Source: Octopus vulgaris (Eukaryota). From it: 64,000 nt of DNA. Positions 12,612 through 25,159 of this stretch are shown piece after piece (position 1 is the stretch's first letter; each line of letters opens with the position of its first letter). The notes under the pieces were generated by a model that was not told where the DNA came from, searched no databases, and was given only the letters and a program-made list of their open reading frames with translations. The position numbers and the translations under genes were made by a program. The stretch spans positions 46,934,001-46,998,000 of the forward strand of contig OX597822.1 in NCBI GenBank assembly GCA_951406725.2. Direction: 5' to 3'.

Positions 12612-12950
12612 AGGGCTTGTCAATTGTTGGTATACATACATACATACACACCCTACAGTGGAGACGATTAGAGGGGATGGTGCATACTGGAATGGCGCTG
12701 TGTGAGGGAGTCCTCCCACCGATTCAAGTTGATGATTACAGAAGGTAGGTGACGTTCCTAGAGGAAAACGAAACTCGTACGAGCAAATTAGGAAGCCTCT
12801 ACGTGGTCACTCCACTTGCTGAAAATAGCTGCAAAATCTCCTTCAAAACATATTACTATTACTATCAACATCATCATTGCCGCAACTGCTATCACTCCCA
12901 CAATTGTTGTCGTCGTCATCATCATCATCATCATCGTCGTCGTCGTCGTC

Positions 12951-13008
<58 letters not shown>

Positions 13009-13343
13009 AGGCAATGAGCTGACCGAAACGTTAGCACGCCGGGCAAAATGCATAGCGGTATTTCGTCTGTCTTTATGTCCTGAGTACAAATTCCATACAG
13101 TCTCCGTCTACCAAATCCACTCATAAAACATAGGTAGGCGCGGACTATAATAGGAAAAACTTACCCAAGGTGCCGCGTAGTGAGACCGAACCCAGAACCG
13201 CGAATTTACAGTCATTGATCGATTCGGAGCAGACCAATGCCTCAATGCCTTGCGAATGAATTTGGTTGAAGGAAATTGCGTAGAAACCCATCGTGTATAT
13301 CTATATATCTACCTCCCACCTCTTTCTCCACACACGCACCTCC

Positions 13344-13392
<49 letters not shown>

Positions 13393-13393
<1 letters not shown>

Positions 13394-13607
13394 GGCGCTG
13401 AGCTGGCAGAATCACTAGCATGCCGGGCAAAATGCTTAGCGGTATTTGGTCTGCCGCTACGTTCTGAGTTCAAATTCTGCCGCGATCGACTTTGCTTTCA
13501 TCCTTTTGGGTCAATAAATTAAGTACCAGTTACGTACTGGGGTCAATGTGATCGATTGTTCCCCCCCACACACAAAAATCCAGGTGTTGTGCCTATAGTA
13601 GAGAGGA
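13393..13607 (+). mobile_element. SINE family A copy followed by an (ATT)n tract to ~13722
   Basis: Matches 11356-11586. Confidence 0.8.
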
Positions 13608-13634
13608 TTATTATTATTATTGTTATTGTTGTTG

Positions 13635-13701
<67 letters not shown>

Positions 13702-14239
13702 CATCATCATTATTATTATTATTGAGTGAGCATGCCATCAAAGTGACACTGGGATAAAATACACGAAGCCCACTATACCCATCATGACTACCCGTCTGAT
13801 AAGGGTACTCTAGGCACATGTATCACAACCATATGTGCACGACATGGTGATCTCATATCAAGATAAATAGCGCATGAGCTCGCAGGTAGAGCCCAGTGAA
13901 AATTTTCTTCTGGTTGAGTATCCCATCCCGCTCAAACGGTTCCTGAATAAGGATTGTTTAATGATGTTGAACGAGCCACCCATGTTTCCAAAGGTGAATT
14001 ATCCAAACCTCTAAAAATTCCTTTCAACACACGGCTATGATGCTCCCCTACTACTTCTGCTCGTGATCAGAGATGCACATATCGTCAGCCACTAAGGAAC
14101 ATGGTCAACTGGTTACGGTCAAACAACTGACAAGCAAATCTGTGGTATTGAACAGAATATTTGCTGTAGCCCATCTTATATACCAACAACTGACAAGCAA
14201 ATCTGTAGTATATTATTATCATTATTATTATTATAGTAA

Positions 14240-14456
14240 GGCGGCAAGTTAGCAGAATCGTTAGCACGCCGGACAAAATGCTTAGCGGCATTTCGTCCGT
14301 CATTATGGTCTGAATTCAAACTCCGCCGAGGTTGACTTTGCCTTTCATCCTTTCGGGGTCGATGAAATAAGTACCAGTTACGCACTGGGGTCGATGTAAT
14401 CGACTAGCCCCACCCTTGCCCACAATTTCCAGGTCTTCAGCCTATAGTAGAAAGGA
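14240..14456 (+). mobile_element. SINE family A copy
   Basis: Matches 11356-11586. Confidence 0.8.
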
Positions 14457-14799
14457 CTACTACTACTACTACTACTACCAATCAAACACAACAATATGAT
14501 TCCTACTATAGACATAAGTTTTCAAATTTGGGGCAATTAACTACCATCCGCCAATATTTGAGAGTTACTTTATATTTATCAACCCCGGAAATATGTAAGG
14601 TAAATCCACCGTCGACACGATTTGAACTCAGAACGTAAAGAGACAAACAAAAAAAATGTAATTTATCCGATGCTCAACCGACTTTGCTAATCTACACAAT
14701 AGAATATTATTGCGACTTGAGTTGTCTCATATCAACTCCGATCTTGAAGACTGTCGATGGAGGTCACAGTGTGTGAGAGTAGCAGTCGGAGTAAGAGTT

Positions 14800-15262
14800 G
14801 GCGTGGTGGTGGTAGTGGTGATGGTGGTGGCGGCGGTGATGATGGAAGTGATGGCACAGCAGTGGTGTGATAGTGGCAGCAGCGGTGTGGTGGTGGTGGT
14901 GGTGGTGGTGGTGGTGGTGGTGGTGTTGCTGTTGGTGGTGGTGGCGGCGGCAGCGGCTGGGGCTGCGGCTGCGGTGGTAGCGGCGGCGACGGCGCCTACA
15001 GTGGCAGTGGTGGTAGCGGCGACGGAGGTCAGTGTGATAGTGATGACAGTGGTGGTGGTAGTGGATGGAGATGGAGTGGTGTATGCGTGGTATGGGAGCA
15101 ATAGGTGGAGTAGTGGTGGCATTGTAGAAATTGTGATTAGAGTAGCAGGTGGAGGGATATACAGTGGAAGCCGTACTATAACCACCATCTCCACCACCAC
15201 CACCACCACCAGCAGCACCACCATCTCCACCACCACCACCACCACTACTGCTACTACTACTA
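14800..15262. repeat. (GGT)n-rich low-complexity tract switching to (CAC)n at ~15180
   Basis: Direct reading; yields poly-V, poly-T and poly-H pseudo-ORFs. Confidence 0.85.
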
Positions 15263-15794
15263 ACATGAACGAAGTGATCGAGTCTCTTTGTGGTTGCTTG
15301 CCTTACTACAAATAGCAATCAGATCTCCGGATTGCATTTTCCCCATGTTAAGAAAAAAAAAAAAAAACAGCCAAAAAAAAACTGAATCATGGAAGCAGAC
15401 AAAATGATAGGTCATATCTGGAAACCATTTGATCCGTAGGTTTGCTTAATTAAGGATTGGCCTAGGGCTGAAGCACAACTAGAAACCTCAAACAAGAGAA
15501 CAATCGGCAAAGTCAAAGAATCAGAAGACTGTTGTAGTAGCGTGAAACGGACTCGAGACAAGACAAAGTAATGCAGTGATTGGCCAATGGGTTGTTGGAT
15601 AAAGTTTTACTGATGGGGCAGATGGCATTTTGGTGATGGTAGCGGTGGTGGTGGTGGTGGTGGCGAGGGACTGTTGTTGATGCAGAAATGATGGTAGTAG
15701 TGGTAGTAGCGTTGATGTGGTGGCGGCATTTTGGTGGTGGTGGTGGTAGTGATGGTGTGGTAGACATGGCTTTATCTTTCTATCTTTTTTTTAT

Positions 15795-16001
15795 CTTTTA
15801 TTTGTTTCATTCGTTAGACTGCTGTGGGGCACCACATTGAAGAGTTTTAGTCGAACGAATCTACCCCAGTACTTTTCTTTCAAGCCTGGTCCTTTTTCTA
15901 TCGTTCTCTTTTACCGAACCACTAAGTTACAGGAACTTAAACTAGCACCTGCTGTCAAGCAGTAGTGGTGGACTGGTGGACAAACACAAAGACACACACA
16001 C

Positions 16002-16055
<54 letters not shown>

Positions 16056-16200
16056 CGGGCTTCTTTCAGTTACCGTCTACCAAATCTACTCTCAAGGCTT
16101 TCATCGGCCTGAGGCTATAGTAGAAGACATTTGCCTAAGGTGCCACGCAGTGGAACTGAACCCGGAATCATGTGATTGGGAAGCAAAGTTCTTACCACAC
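15795..16200 (-). mobile_element. SINE family B copy with internal (CA)n
   Basis: Reverse complement of the family B head and tail (TGCCTAAGGTGCCACGCAGTGGAACTGAACCCGG). Confidence 0.8.
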
Positions 16201-18123
16201 AACCTTACGCAATCATGCTACAATTGTTGCTCTACAGAAAGTTTGTTAAGCTGAATATTAGTAACTAGCGTGTGTGAAAGTATGCTTGGCGAAAGGAGAA
16301 CTTTTTTCCAAGACGTCATAGCTGCAACACGTCCGGTCAACCACGAAAACCTCTACAAGTCCTCTGGCTCTTCTGCCTTGTGTTTCCTGCGCATGTCAAT
16401 TTATAACCATGATTTGGCAAGGTTAATAAATTTTTTTCATTGATCTTATGCGCCAGAACAACGATTGGCTGAAATGTGGGCCAAGATCAGCTAATAAGGA
16501 GTGTCGTCGCAAAATACGGAAACTGATATGCCGTGGCCTTTTCTCGTTACAGAACTGACAGGGTTTCGAATGCTTAGTGTCACTGCACAATCTCTGAACA
16601 AAGGCTGTATGGTCACAGCTGGAACGCTTTTGATCAAAAGCCCATTGAATCATGACGAACTAGGTGTATTGCGGGACTGTGTCAGTTTCTTAAAAAACAC
16701 GCATACATACATACATGCGTGCGCATGTGTGTGTGTATGTATGTGTGTATGTGTGTATTACACACACACACACATGTATATATAAAGTGTGTGTTGAAAA
16801 ATTTTAAAGCAAGCGCAATTTAGATAGCCACCAAGTAATATTAAAAAGAAAATAGAGACTCCAGCTTCTTCGTCCAGGGCAGGTAGCACTGATGTAGGAA
16901 GTCAACTGTAAGTACGAGCTTACATAATATATACAATATACATGATTATAACACCAGCCATTATTTATCCGAAACAGCCGTAAAGACTTGAATATATCAT
17001 TCCTTTATTTGTATTTTTAGACGCAATATTCTTTGTAAAAACAGTCCTTGCACCTTCGCTTGTATATTTGCCTTTTCTGCTTGTGTGTGTGTGTGTCTGT
17101 GTATCCACTGTATAAATAAATATACTGAAATATCAACTAATATATTAAAAATCATTTAATACTAAATTACCAATATCCTTATAATAAATTTCTTTTTTGT
17201 GTTTTATGTAGTATATAAATATTATTTAAATATCATATTATACCTTTAACATAGCTCTAACTGCACTGAAGCTGATTAGGAGCAAGTAAGTTGAAAAAGA
17301 CAGTCCTTCCGTTCTAACTAAGGATCATACACTAGACATTGTCATGGCCAAATGGTTAAGAACTTGACTTCCCAGTTATGAGGTCACATGTTCAATTCCA
17401 CTGCAGGTTACATTGCCCAAACGCATTCTACCATTGCATCGAACAACCCAAACTTTGTGAGTGAAACCGGGTTAGAAGGCAACAGTATGGAGGTTCGTCA
17501 GATGGACTGTAATTGAAAGGTTCACTAGGTTCAGACTAGACACACGCCGTCCCACTTAGAGATTGTCTAAGGATTACGTTAAGGGCTCAAAAGTCTGAGG
17601 AGTACTCAGCCACCCACACTATCAACGAAAGACAGAAACTAACCCTAACACGCCTGACACACAGAAACGATAGCTCAAGGGTTCAACCAATGGTGTAGCT
17701 GAAGCGTGTGCCGCCCGGGGAAGCCCTTGAGTTCGAGTACCCCATCATGGTACCCTAAGCTTATACAGCAGACCCAGAAGTGTTTCCCCAATAACGCGTC
17801 ATCAGGAGCGGACTTCCCCCTCGCCAGCACCCCTCGACCACTTCACAACTAAATCTTTGTGAAGGTTACGCTAAGGGCAAAAGTTTCTATGGGACATTCA
17901 GCCACTTAATGCGGCATAATTTAATGAGAACCAAAAACTAAGTTAAATACGTCAGACGGTGAGTATATTTCTTTTACTTGCTGCAACCATTAAACTGCGG
18001 CCATGCTGGGACAACTCCTAGAAGGGTGGTTCTATATTTACGAGATGAGGAATTATGTACATTATTTATAGTATTTACATTATTTAGATTCGACGGATAT
18101 TTTTCCTTATCTGGTTTGTTGTT

Positions 18124-18169
18124 AACACAACATTTCGACTGATATAGCCTCCAGCCTTCTTCAGGTGTC
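18124..18169 (-). ncRNA. Minimal type I hammerhead ribozyme motif (left arm)
   Basis: GACAC-CTGAAGA-A-GGCTG-gaggctatat-CAGTC-GAAA-TGTT-GTGTT: stem I GACAC/GTGTT, CUGANGA and GAAA cores, GUU triplet. Confidence 0.6.
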
Positions 18170-18216
18170 TTGGGGACAGTTCGAACCTGGGTTCTCATTC
18201 CTAAGGTATTTTTCGA

Positions 18217-18259
<43 letters not shown>

Positions 18260-18326
18260 GTTGTTGTTCAGGTCACTGCTTGGAATGGAACTCGGAATTT
18301 TGGGGTTAGTAGCCCGCGCTCTTAAC

Positions 18327-18400
18327 GGGCATATGGCGTAGTGGTTAAGAGCGCGGGCTACTAATTCCAAAATTCCGAGTTCCATTCCAAGCAGTGACCT
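18327..18400 (+). promoter_or_regulatory. tRNA-derived Pol III internal promoter (SINE head)
   Basis: A-box TGGCGTAGTGG (18334-18344) and B-box-like GAGTTCCATTCC (18377-18388); the first T4 downstream is at 18637-18640. Confidence 0.65.
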
Positions 18401-18416
18401 GAACAACAACAATAAC

Positions 18417-18472
<56 letters not shown>

Positions 18473-18524
18473 CAACATTGAAAAATACCTTAGGAATGGG
18501 AATCCAGGTTCGAAATTTCGCCAA

Positions 18525-18570
18525 GACACCTGAAGAAGGCTGGAGAGTATATCAGCCGAAACGTTGTATT
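18525..18570 (+). ncRNA. Minimal type I hammerhead ribozyme motif (right arm)
   Basis: GACAC-CTGAAGA-A-GGCTG-gagagtatat-CAGCC-GAAA-CGTT-GTATT: perfect 5-bp stem II, palindromic AACGTT stem III, GUU triplet, one stem I mismatch. Confidence 0.65.
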
Positions 18571-18741
18571 AACAACAAACAAGATGAGGACAAATATCCG
18601 TCAAATGTAAATAATGTAAATAATGTCATTGAAGGGTTTTCAGTCGAAAAAATCAACCCAGTAATTATCATTTTTAAGAAAGTCTGGTACTTATTCTATC
18701 GATCTCCTTTTGACGAACCGATATATATTACGAGACGTAAT

Positions 18742-18900
18742 AGGCGCAGACATTGCTGTGTGGTAAGAAGCTTGCTTCCCAACCTCATGGTTCTGGATTC
18801 AGTCCCACTGCGCTGCACCTTGGGCAAGTGTTTTCTCCTGTAGCCTCGGGCTGACCAAAGACTTGTGAATGTGTTTGGTTGACGGAAACTGTTAGAAACC
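18742..18900 (+). mobile_element. SINE family B 5' part
   Basis: GCTGTGTGGTAAGAAGCTTGCTTCCCAAC...CACCTTGGGCAAGTG (CORE-like motif). Confidence 0.8.
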
Positions 18901-18906
18901 TGTTAA

Positions 18907-18951
<45 letters not shown>

Positions 18952-18954
<3 letters not shown>

Positions 18955-19117
18955 GGCCGGCCCTAGGGTTGCTGGCGCCCCGGGCAAGCTGAACTTCGGC
19001 GTGTACAAGATGACCGTCGTGGAAATTTCCTTGTCTATGTCACGCCCTCTTTGGCGCCCCCTAGCACATGGCACCTCGGGCGGCTGCCCGAGTTGCTGGT
19101 ATCTTGAGCTGGCCTTG
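18952..19117. mobile_element. hAT-like GC-rich MITE
   Basis: TIRs CAGGGCCGGC / GCTGGCCTTG with internal GGCGCCCC subrepeats. Confidence 0.65.
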
Positions 19118-19155
19118 TGTGTGTGTGTGTCTGTACGTGTGTGTGTGTGTGTATG

Positions 19156-19335
<180 letters not shown>

Positions 19336-19342
19336 GAAATAA

Positions 19343-19728
19343 AGGCGACCTGGCAGAAACGTTAACATGCCGGACGAAATGCTAAGCGGTTTTTCGTCTG
19401 CCGTTACGTTCTGAGTTCAAATTCAACCGAGGTCGACTTTACCTTTCAATCTTTCGGGGTCGATAAATTAAGTACCAGTTACGCACTGGGGTCGATGTAA
19501 TCGACTTAATCCCTTTGCCTGTCCTTGTTTGTCCCCTCTATGTTTAGCCCCTTGTGGGCAGTTTAAGAAATAGTTATTTCATCTGTCTTTACGTTCTGAG
19601 TTCAAATTCCACCGAGGTCGACTTTGCCTTTCATCCTTTCGGGGTCGATAAATTAAGTACCAGTTGCATTCTGAGATCGATCTAATCAATTGGCCCCCTC
19701 CCCCGAAATTTCGTGCCTTGTGCCTAGA
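19343..19728 (+). mobile_element. SINE family A long form with internally duplicated body
   Basis: The GTTCTGAGTTCAAATT...AAGTACCAGTT block occurs twice (~19408 and ~19593); same layout at 44818-45215. Confidence 0.85.
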
Positions 19729-19745
19729 TTACATATGTATGTATA

Positions 19746-19977
19746 CAATAATCTCTTCACTATCACAGGTGTTACGTTCCAAAACACCCCGCGATAGGTG
19801 AAAATCCGAGAAGCTGAAACAGTACTGTACTGTATATCTTTTTGTTTATTATCTTTATAATTTGTATATATTGTATATATTTATTTTATCATAAATGCAA
19901 AATAACACCACAAAAGAATCGGCGTAAGCTTAAATAATAAACCGCGATAGGTGAACCGCGTTATGGCGCAGGATTAT

Positions 19978-19979
<2 letters not shown>
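19746..19979. mobile_element. Tigger/pogo-like MITE
   Basis: Imperfect TIRs CAATAATCTCTTCACTATCACAGG / CCGCGTTATGGCGCAGGATTATTG; subterminal CCGCGATAGGTGAA occurs twice. Confidence 0.65.
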
Positions 19980-20034
<55 letters not shown>

Positions 20035-20044
<10 letters not shown>

Positions 20045-20491
20045 GGTAGTTTGTCTGTCTGTGTGTCTGTGTGTCTGTCAGGTTGTACCCTCACCCTGAC
20101 CACGGTTTTCAACCGATTCTGATGAAACTTGACACACACATAGCCCAATGTCATAATTCAAAACTAACGCAGAGAAAATTTTGAAAAGTTCCCTCAGTTC
20201 TGAAAAACTCGATAAATCCGACATGGGGTCGAGAATCTAAGCTTTTTATATGCAACACATTTTCTGGGCTGTACATGGGCTGATCACGCGTTGGGAGGCG
20301 CAATGATGTTTTCATGATTTCGCCCAAAGGGACAGCTAGGAACATCGTATACACAGAAGTATTCGAGTGAAGAGAAGACATTGCAACCTACACATGCGCC
20401 TTCATTCCCTAGAGGGAAAGGACTAGATTGGGATTAGTCGTTGCCTACTAGGGGCTCTTACATACCCGGGCAACGCCGGGCTATGCTGCTA

Positions 20492-20492
<1 letters not shown>
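20035..20492 (+). mobile_element. Non-autonomous Helitron
   Basis: 3' hairpin CCCGG-GCAACG-CCGGG (20465-20480), then CTAG (20489-20492) and T; 5' GTCTGTCTGT and ACCGATTCTGATGAAACTTG motifs. Confidence 0.8.
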
Positions 20493-20530
<38 letters not shown>

Positions 20531-20533
<3 letters not shown>

Positions 20534-20850
20534 ACCCCCTTCGGTCATGAGTGACCATGGGTTTGCACCTAGAGAGTTACCCTCTGAGGCACAAGTCTGG
20601 GCAAGGTTGTTTTTATGGAAGACCAGTAGTCGCCCATGCCTTCCCTCTCCACGCCACCAGTGTTATCCAAGGGAAAGACAAAGGTCGATACAGCTTGGCA
20701 CCTGTGACGTCGCAACTCATTTCTACAGCTGAGTGAACTGGAGCAATGTGAAATAAAGTGTCTTGCTCAAGAACACAACATGCAGCCCGGTCCGGGATTC
20801 GAGCTCACAACCTCACGATCGTAAGCTCGACGCTCTAACCACTGAGCCAT
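20531..20850 (-). mobile_element. tRNA-derived SINE family D; degenerate second copy at ~30120-30350
   Basis: Minus strand TGGCTCAGTGGTTAGAGCG...GAGCTCGAATCCC head followed by GTGTTCTTGAGCAAGACACTT. Confidence 0.75.
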
Positions 20851-21399
20851 ATATATGTATATGTATGTATGTATGTATGTATGTACGTATACGTGTATTT
20901 GTGTTCGTTCCAATCCCCACCACTTGACAATCGCTGTTGGTTTGTTTACGTCCCTGTAGCATAGCGGTTCGGCGAAACACCGATAGAATAAGCACCAGCA
21001 GTAATAGTTATTTTAACCCACGGTCAGCCTTAATTTAACACATCTGTGATCAAAGGCCATAGCAATTTTGTCTTGCTGTAAATAATCTCAGATTATATCG
21101 TACAATATCTCCTTTGCCCCCCCCCCTCCTTTTTTTTTGTTCTAAGTCAGTTGAGCACGTGTCTTAGAGGAGATTTGGTTGCTATTTCTAGTCGTTGGAA
21201 AAACCAGGTAATGGGACTCGTTGATTCACTCAGCTGAGTTATTTTATGGAGCCGAAAAATAATAAAAATTCGGATAATGTAACCTTTGTTATGTGAAATA
21301 TGTGACGGAAGAGTAACGGCAACCGAAAGATTAGCGATTAACGACATCTGAAGGGAGTGGGTTTCGTTGGATGAGCTTACAGTCTGTCGTTGTTTCATC

Positions 21400-21840
21400 A
21401 TCACCAACCACTACTACCATCACCATCACCGCCACCACAACCACTACCTCCAAAACCACAACTATCACTAATACTACTAATCGTCTACTACTACTACTAA
21501 CTACCACCACCACCACCATTACTACTAGTTTACTACTACTACTACCACCATCGCCACCACCACTACTACAACTACAGCCACTGCTACTACTACCACCATC
21601 ACCACCACCACAACCACAATCACCACTTCTACCACAACCACTACAACTACTAATATACTACTACTACCACATTCACTGTCACCACAACCACTACTACTAC
21701 TAATATATTATTACTACAACTACTACTACTACTACTCACAACCACCACTAGCACAGAACTACTACCACTACGGCTACTACTGTTTCAGCTTGTGCTGCAA
21801 CTACTACTACAACCATTACTACTACTACTACTACTAACAT
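21400..21840. repeat. (CTA/CCA)n low-complexity tract
   Basis: Direct reading. Confidence 0.9.
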
Positions 21841-22489
21841 CTAACTAAAAGTAACTTTACAACATGTTTGATGAACGTAAATAAAATCATAGAAAAAAAA
21901 TGTTGCGAAAAAAAGTCGCAGAAAAAGTTTCATAATTTTAAATAAAGATGGAGAAAAAATACATTTTTCATTTAAGTACCATAAATTATAGATTATAGTA
22001 ATTGAACATGATTTTTAAATCACTTTATTAAGCCAACTCTACTTGACAAAATATACGTATATACACACTTAAAAGCATTATACGTATGTGAAAAAAATAG
22101 TCACATTTTTTCCGGATATCTTGAAAAAGAAAACAAAAAAAAAAATACAATGGAACAAGCGAAAAAAGTTCTCTTGTGACTTTTTTTCCCCCAGGCTTAT
22201 AAATTTTCAGTTTTGTATCTATTATGGTTATTATAATCATTAAATAATAAACTAGTTAGCTTCTATATGGCAAGCAGCTTGACTTGCTGGAAACAGCTGG
22301 GAGTTGGTCAATTCCCCGGCTGGGTAAGCTGCAAGAAGGGAGGCGGTTTGATGTTGAAATAACCCGAAATCCTTGTGAAAACCCACAGAAACATCACTGA
22401 TGGTGATGCATTCCAGAACATCCATGTGATGTATCTTGGAACGGAGTTTATAGACATTAAGTAACCAACTACTACCACTACTACTAGCC

Positions 22490-22880
22490 AACGAGGGAGC
22501 TTCTACGTGGTCGCCCGGCTTGCTAGAAATAGCAACTAAAAATCACCCTCAACTTATATCCAACCCAACCGTCTTCAAAAAAGAAATGGTACATTAGACA
22601 AGGTGGGTAGACATAGACATATCCCTAAAAAACGACGAAGATGGTTATAGCAGGAAGGCTGACCTGGGGTTAAGCAACACAAACAACTGTTATTAATACT
22701 ACTACTACTATTACTACTACTGGTAGTAACACATGCTAGAAATAGCAGTCAGCTCTCCCCCCACACCGTCATAAAACAAAGCAGGGACATATTGGATAAT
22801 GAATGTAGCCCTAGACAACCTCACAGAAAGAACAGATGGTCACGTCTGGAACCCGTTTGACCATAGTCTATTTTCGATGG
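22490..22880 (+). mobile_element. Two copies of an old dispersed repeat (family E, TGCTAGAAATAGCAG...); others near 3440-3680, 21000-21220, 28940-29110, 34740-34910 and 48880-49010
   Basis: Recurring motifs GCTAGAAATAGCA, ATTGGATAATG, GATGGTCATGGCTGGAA and GACCTGGGG(C/T)TAA on both strands. Confidence 0.6.
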
Positions 22881-23681
22881 TGCTTTCAATAAAAGAAACA
22901 AGGTTAGAAACTAGTAGAACAGAAGCTACGGTGATGACGATGACGCTGATGATGAGGGTAGTGGTGGATCTGTGATGATGACAGCGGAGATGGTGGCGAC
23001 AGAGGCAGAGGAGCAGTGACGATGGTAACGGTAGAGGTGGTGACAGTCGGCAGAGTTGTATAGTTGTGTGTAAAAACCCATTTCAAACATATACATATGT
23101 ATGAATGCTAATGTTATAAATAGCATATGAACACACACCTACATATATATACGCACACACAGTCTGTGTGTGTGTCATATGTTAGATATTCGGAAAGACA
23201 GGCGCATTAGCATCCTCGAATAAAATAAGTATTTTACACACATATACAGACGAATACATACAAAACACGTACATTTATACGCAGTCAGTTTGGCCGTCAT
23301 CGTTATTAAAGAGAACATCAAGAGGAGACATAATATACATTACCAGAGTTTACCAGAACACGAGGAACCAGTGAGTGGAATTTTTCACCCCCACTTCTCT
23401 CTATCTCTCCTACACATATAAATATATACACACATATATTTATATTCTATTTGCTCTTGTTTATTCGACATTCCACGTAAACTCTCTGAATAACCAACGC
23501 TTACTCCACAACTTTTTAAAATATTCTTATTGGTTTTAAAAAACAACCAACACCAGCATACTTAACTTTGATAGATTTAGTAATAATCAATCGTAAAGTA
23601 AATGTGAATATAATGTGTGTGTTTATATTTGTTTTAAATAGTTACTACGATTTATTATCTTATATACGTATATAGCCAAAC

Positions 23682-23723
<42 letters not shown>

Positions 23724-24149
23724 TAGAGGGCATTATTACACATAAATGCCACACGCTAGGAGGGACTTTCAAAGTCATTACTACCAAAAATAAATTTTCC
23801 GATTTTTTCTGTTATGAGGTTTTTCACGCTAACTACCTGATACTTTCTTGTTAAGATTTCTTATTAAGATTTTATCCTTAATTGTTATATATATATATAT
23901 ATTATTGTAGTATAATGTATCAGACTTATACGACAACGCAAGACCGACACCTTGGTAGTTCATGTATATTAAAATGATAAAAATTATAGGAAACTAATTT
24001 TAATTGTGTATTTAATTAGCTACAACCTTTCAAATTATGTTGTCCTTGTTGTTTTACAAAACAATTTTCTTTTAATTAGGAAGGATTCATTAGAAATAGG
24101 TGAGTTATTAACCCACTCCCCAACCCGGTCTACTGTCTCCTTAGAAATT

Positions 24150-24353
24150 CTACACGAATCCCTTAAATATGAAGTCGAAGTCTTCGATCCTTTCATTGTG
24201 GAATCGCTGTTTTACATTTTCTTCCTTCAGTTCCACCTTGTAACCGTTCTCAAAATCTTTCAGTCTTTTTTTGTTCTTATATATGTTGGGGGATATTTTA
24301 TACCGCTTTGTTGTAAACGTCGTATTTAAACCGTTTCTATTGACAATTTGGTT
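24150..24353 (-). pseudogene. Unidentified open frame without ATG (67 aa); exon or decayed element
   Basis: NQIVNRNGLNTTFTTKRYKISPNIYKNKKRLKDFENGYKVELKEENVKQRFHNERIEDFDFIFKGFV*, stop-free in very AT-rich DNA. Confidence 0.3.
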
Positions 24354-25159
24354 TTAAATAGTGGTTCACATCTTGTGCCTTATTTCTTTAAACCCCACTA
24401 TCTCTTGGTTGTAAATGTGGAATTACTATTGTTCATATATATTAACAGAGATGATATATATATAATTACATTCTATTAAATTGTACTCGTTCATATATCT
24501 ATGAATATATAGTGTATATGTGTGTGATTATATATATATTTATATATACTCGTGACTTGTCATATATATTATATATATATACATGTATGTGTATAATATT
24601 CACACACTCATTTGCACAAGGCCAACCACTGGTGAAACTTCGAAGTCACTCAATAAAATTATTTAAAATATCTTATATATATATATATAACTTGGAATAT
24701 ATTACTTGACAATTTAAATATATGGCAGTGGGGAGGCGGGAGATAGACCCTTTGTGTTTGAATTGCTTTTGTGTGTGTGTGTGTGTGTGTTAGGAGTTTC
24801 TCCTCTCCCCAGCGCATCTGTTTTCCCTGTCGTTATTAAAAGTCGTCAGAAACTAAGAGCGCGGGAGTTTAATATCTTTGGCGATCGATTTCGCTTCGTC
24901 CCTGTTTACGAACTCAACTTTAGCTTTTTATCTGTCTTCCAGAGATCGTTAATCTAAGTATTATTAATACTTAATAAATATTTGCTATGTCACATTTAAG
25001 TGAAACTGTATTACTCTGAATCGCTCGAGTGTTTATTGTTAAAAAGCGTCAGTCGTTGGTTTATGAATAATATTTATCTACCTGTGTAAATATTTTCGCT
25101 CGATACGCACACATGTATAGTGAAACAGTAGAATCAGGTTATATGGATATCATGTTTGT

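Larger units (their letters stand above)
18031..18628. mobile_element. Fold-back retroelement: two head-to-head copies of a tRNA head + (AAT)n + hammerhead-bearing Penelope-like tail, inserted in a family B SINE
   Basis: Arms ~18070-18326 and 18344-18625 are reverse complements around a 17-nt spacer; GAAGGGT is duplicated at 18021-18027 and 18631-18637. Confidence 0.85.

Noticed and set aside
14710-15318. Poly-V, poly-T and poly-H ORFs resembling mucin or His-rich proteins
   Set aside because: Trinucleotide low-complexity DNA open in several frames on both strands.
18327-18400. Functional tRNA gene (likewise the heads at 11356 and 20790-20850)
   Set aside because: Acceptor and anticodon stems do not pair properly and each head continues into a repeat body, so these are SINE heads.
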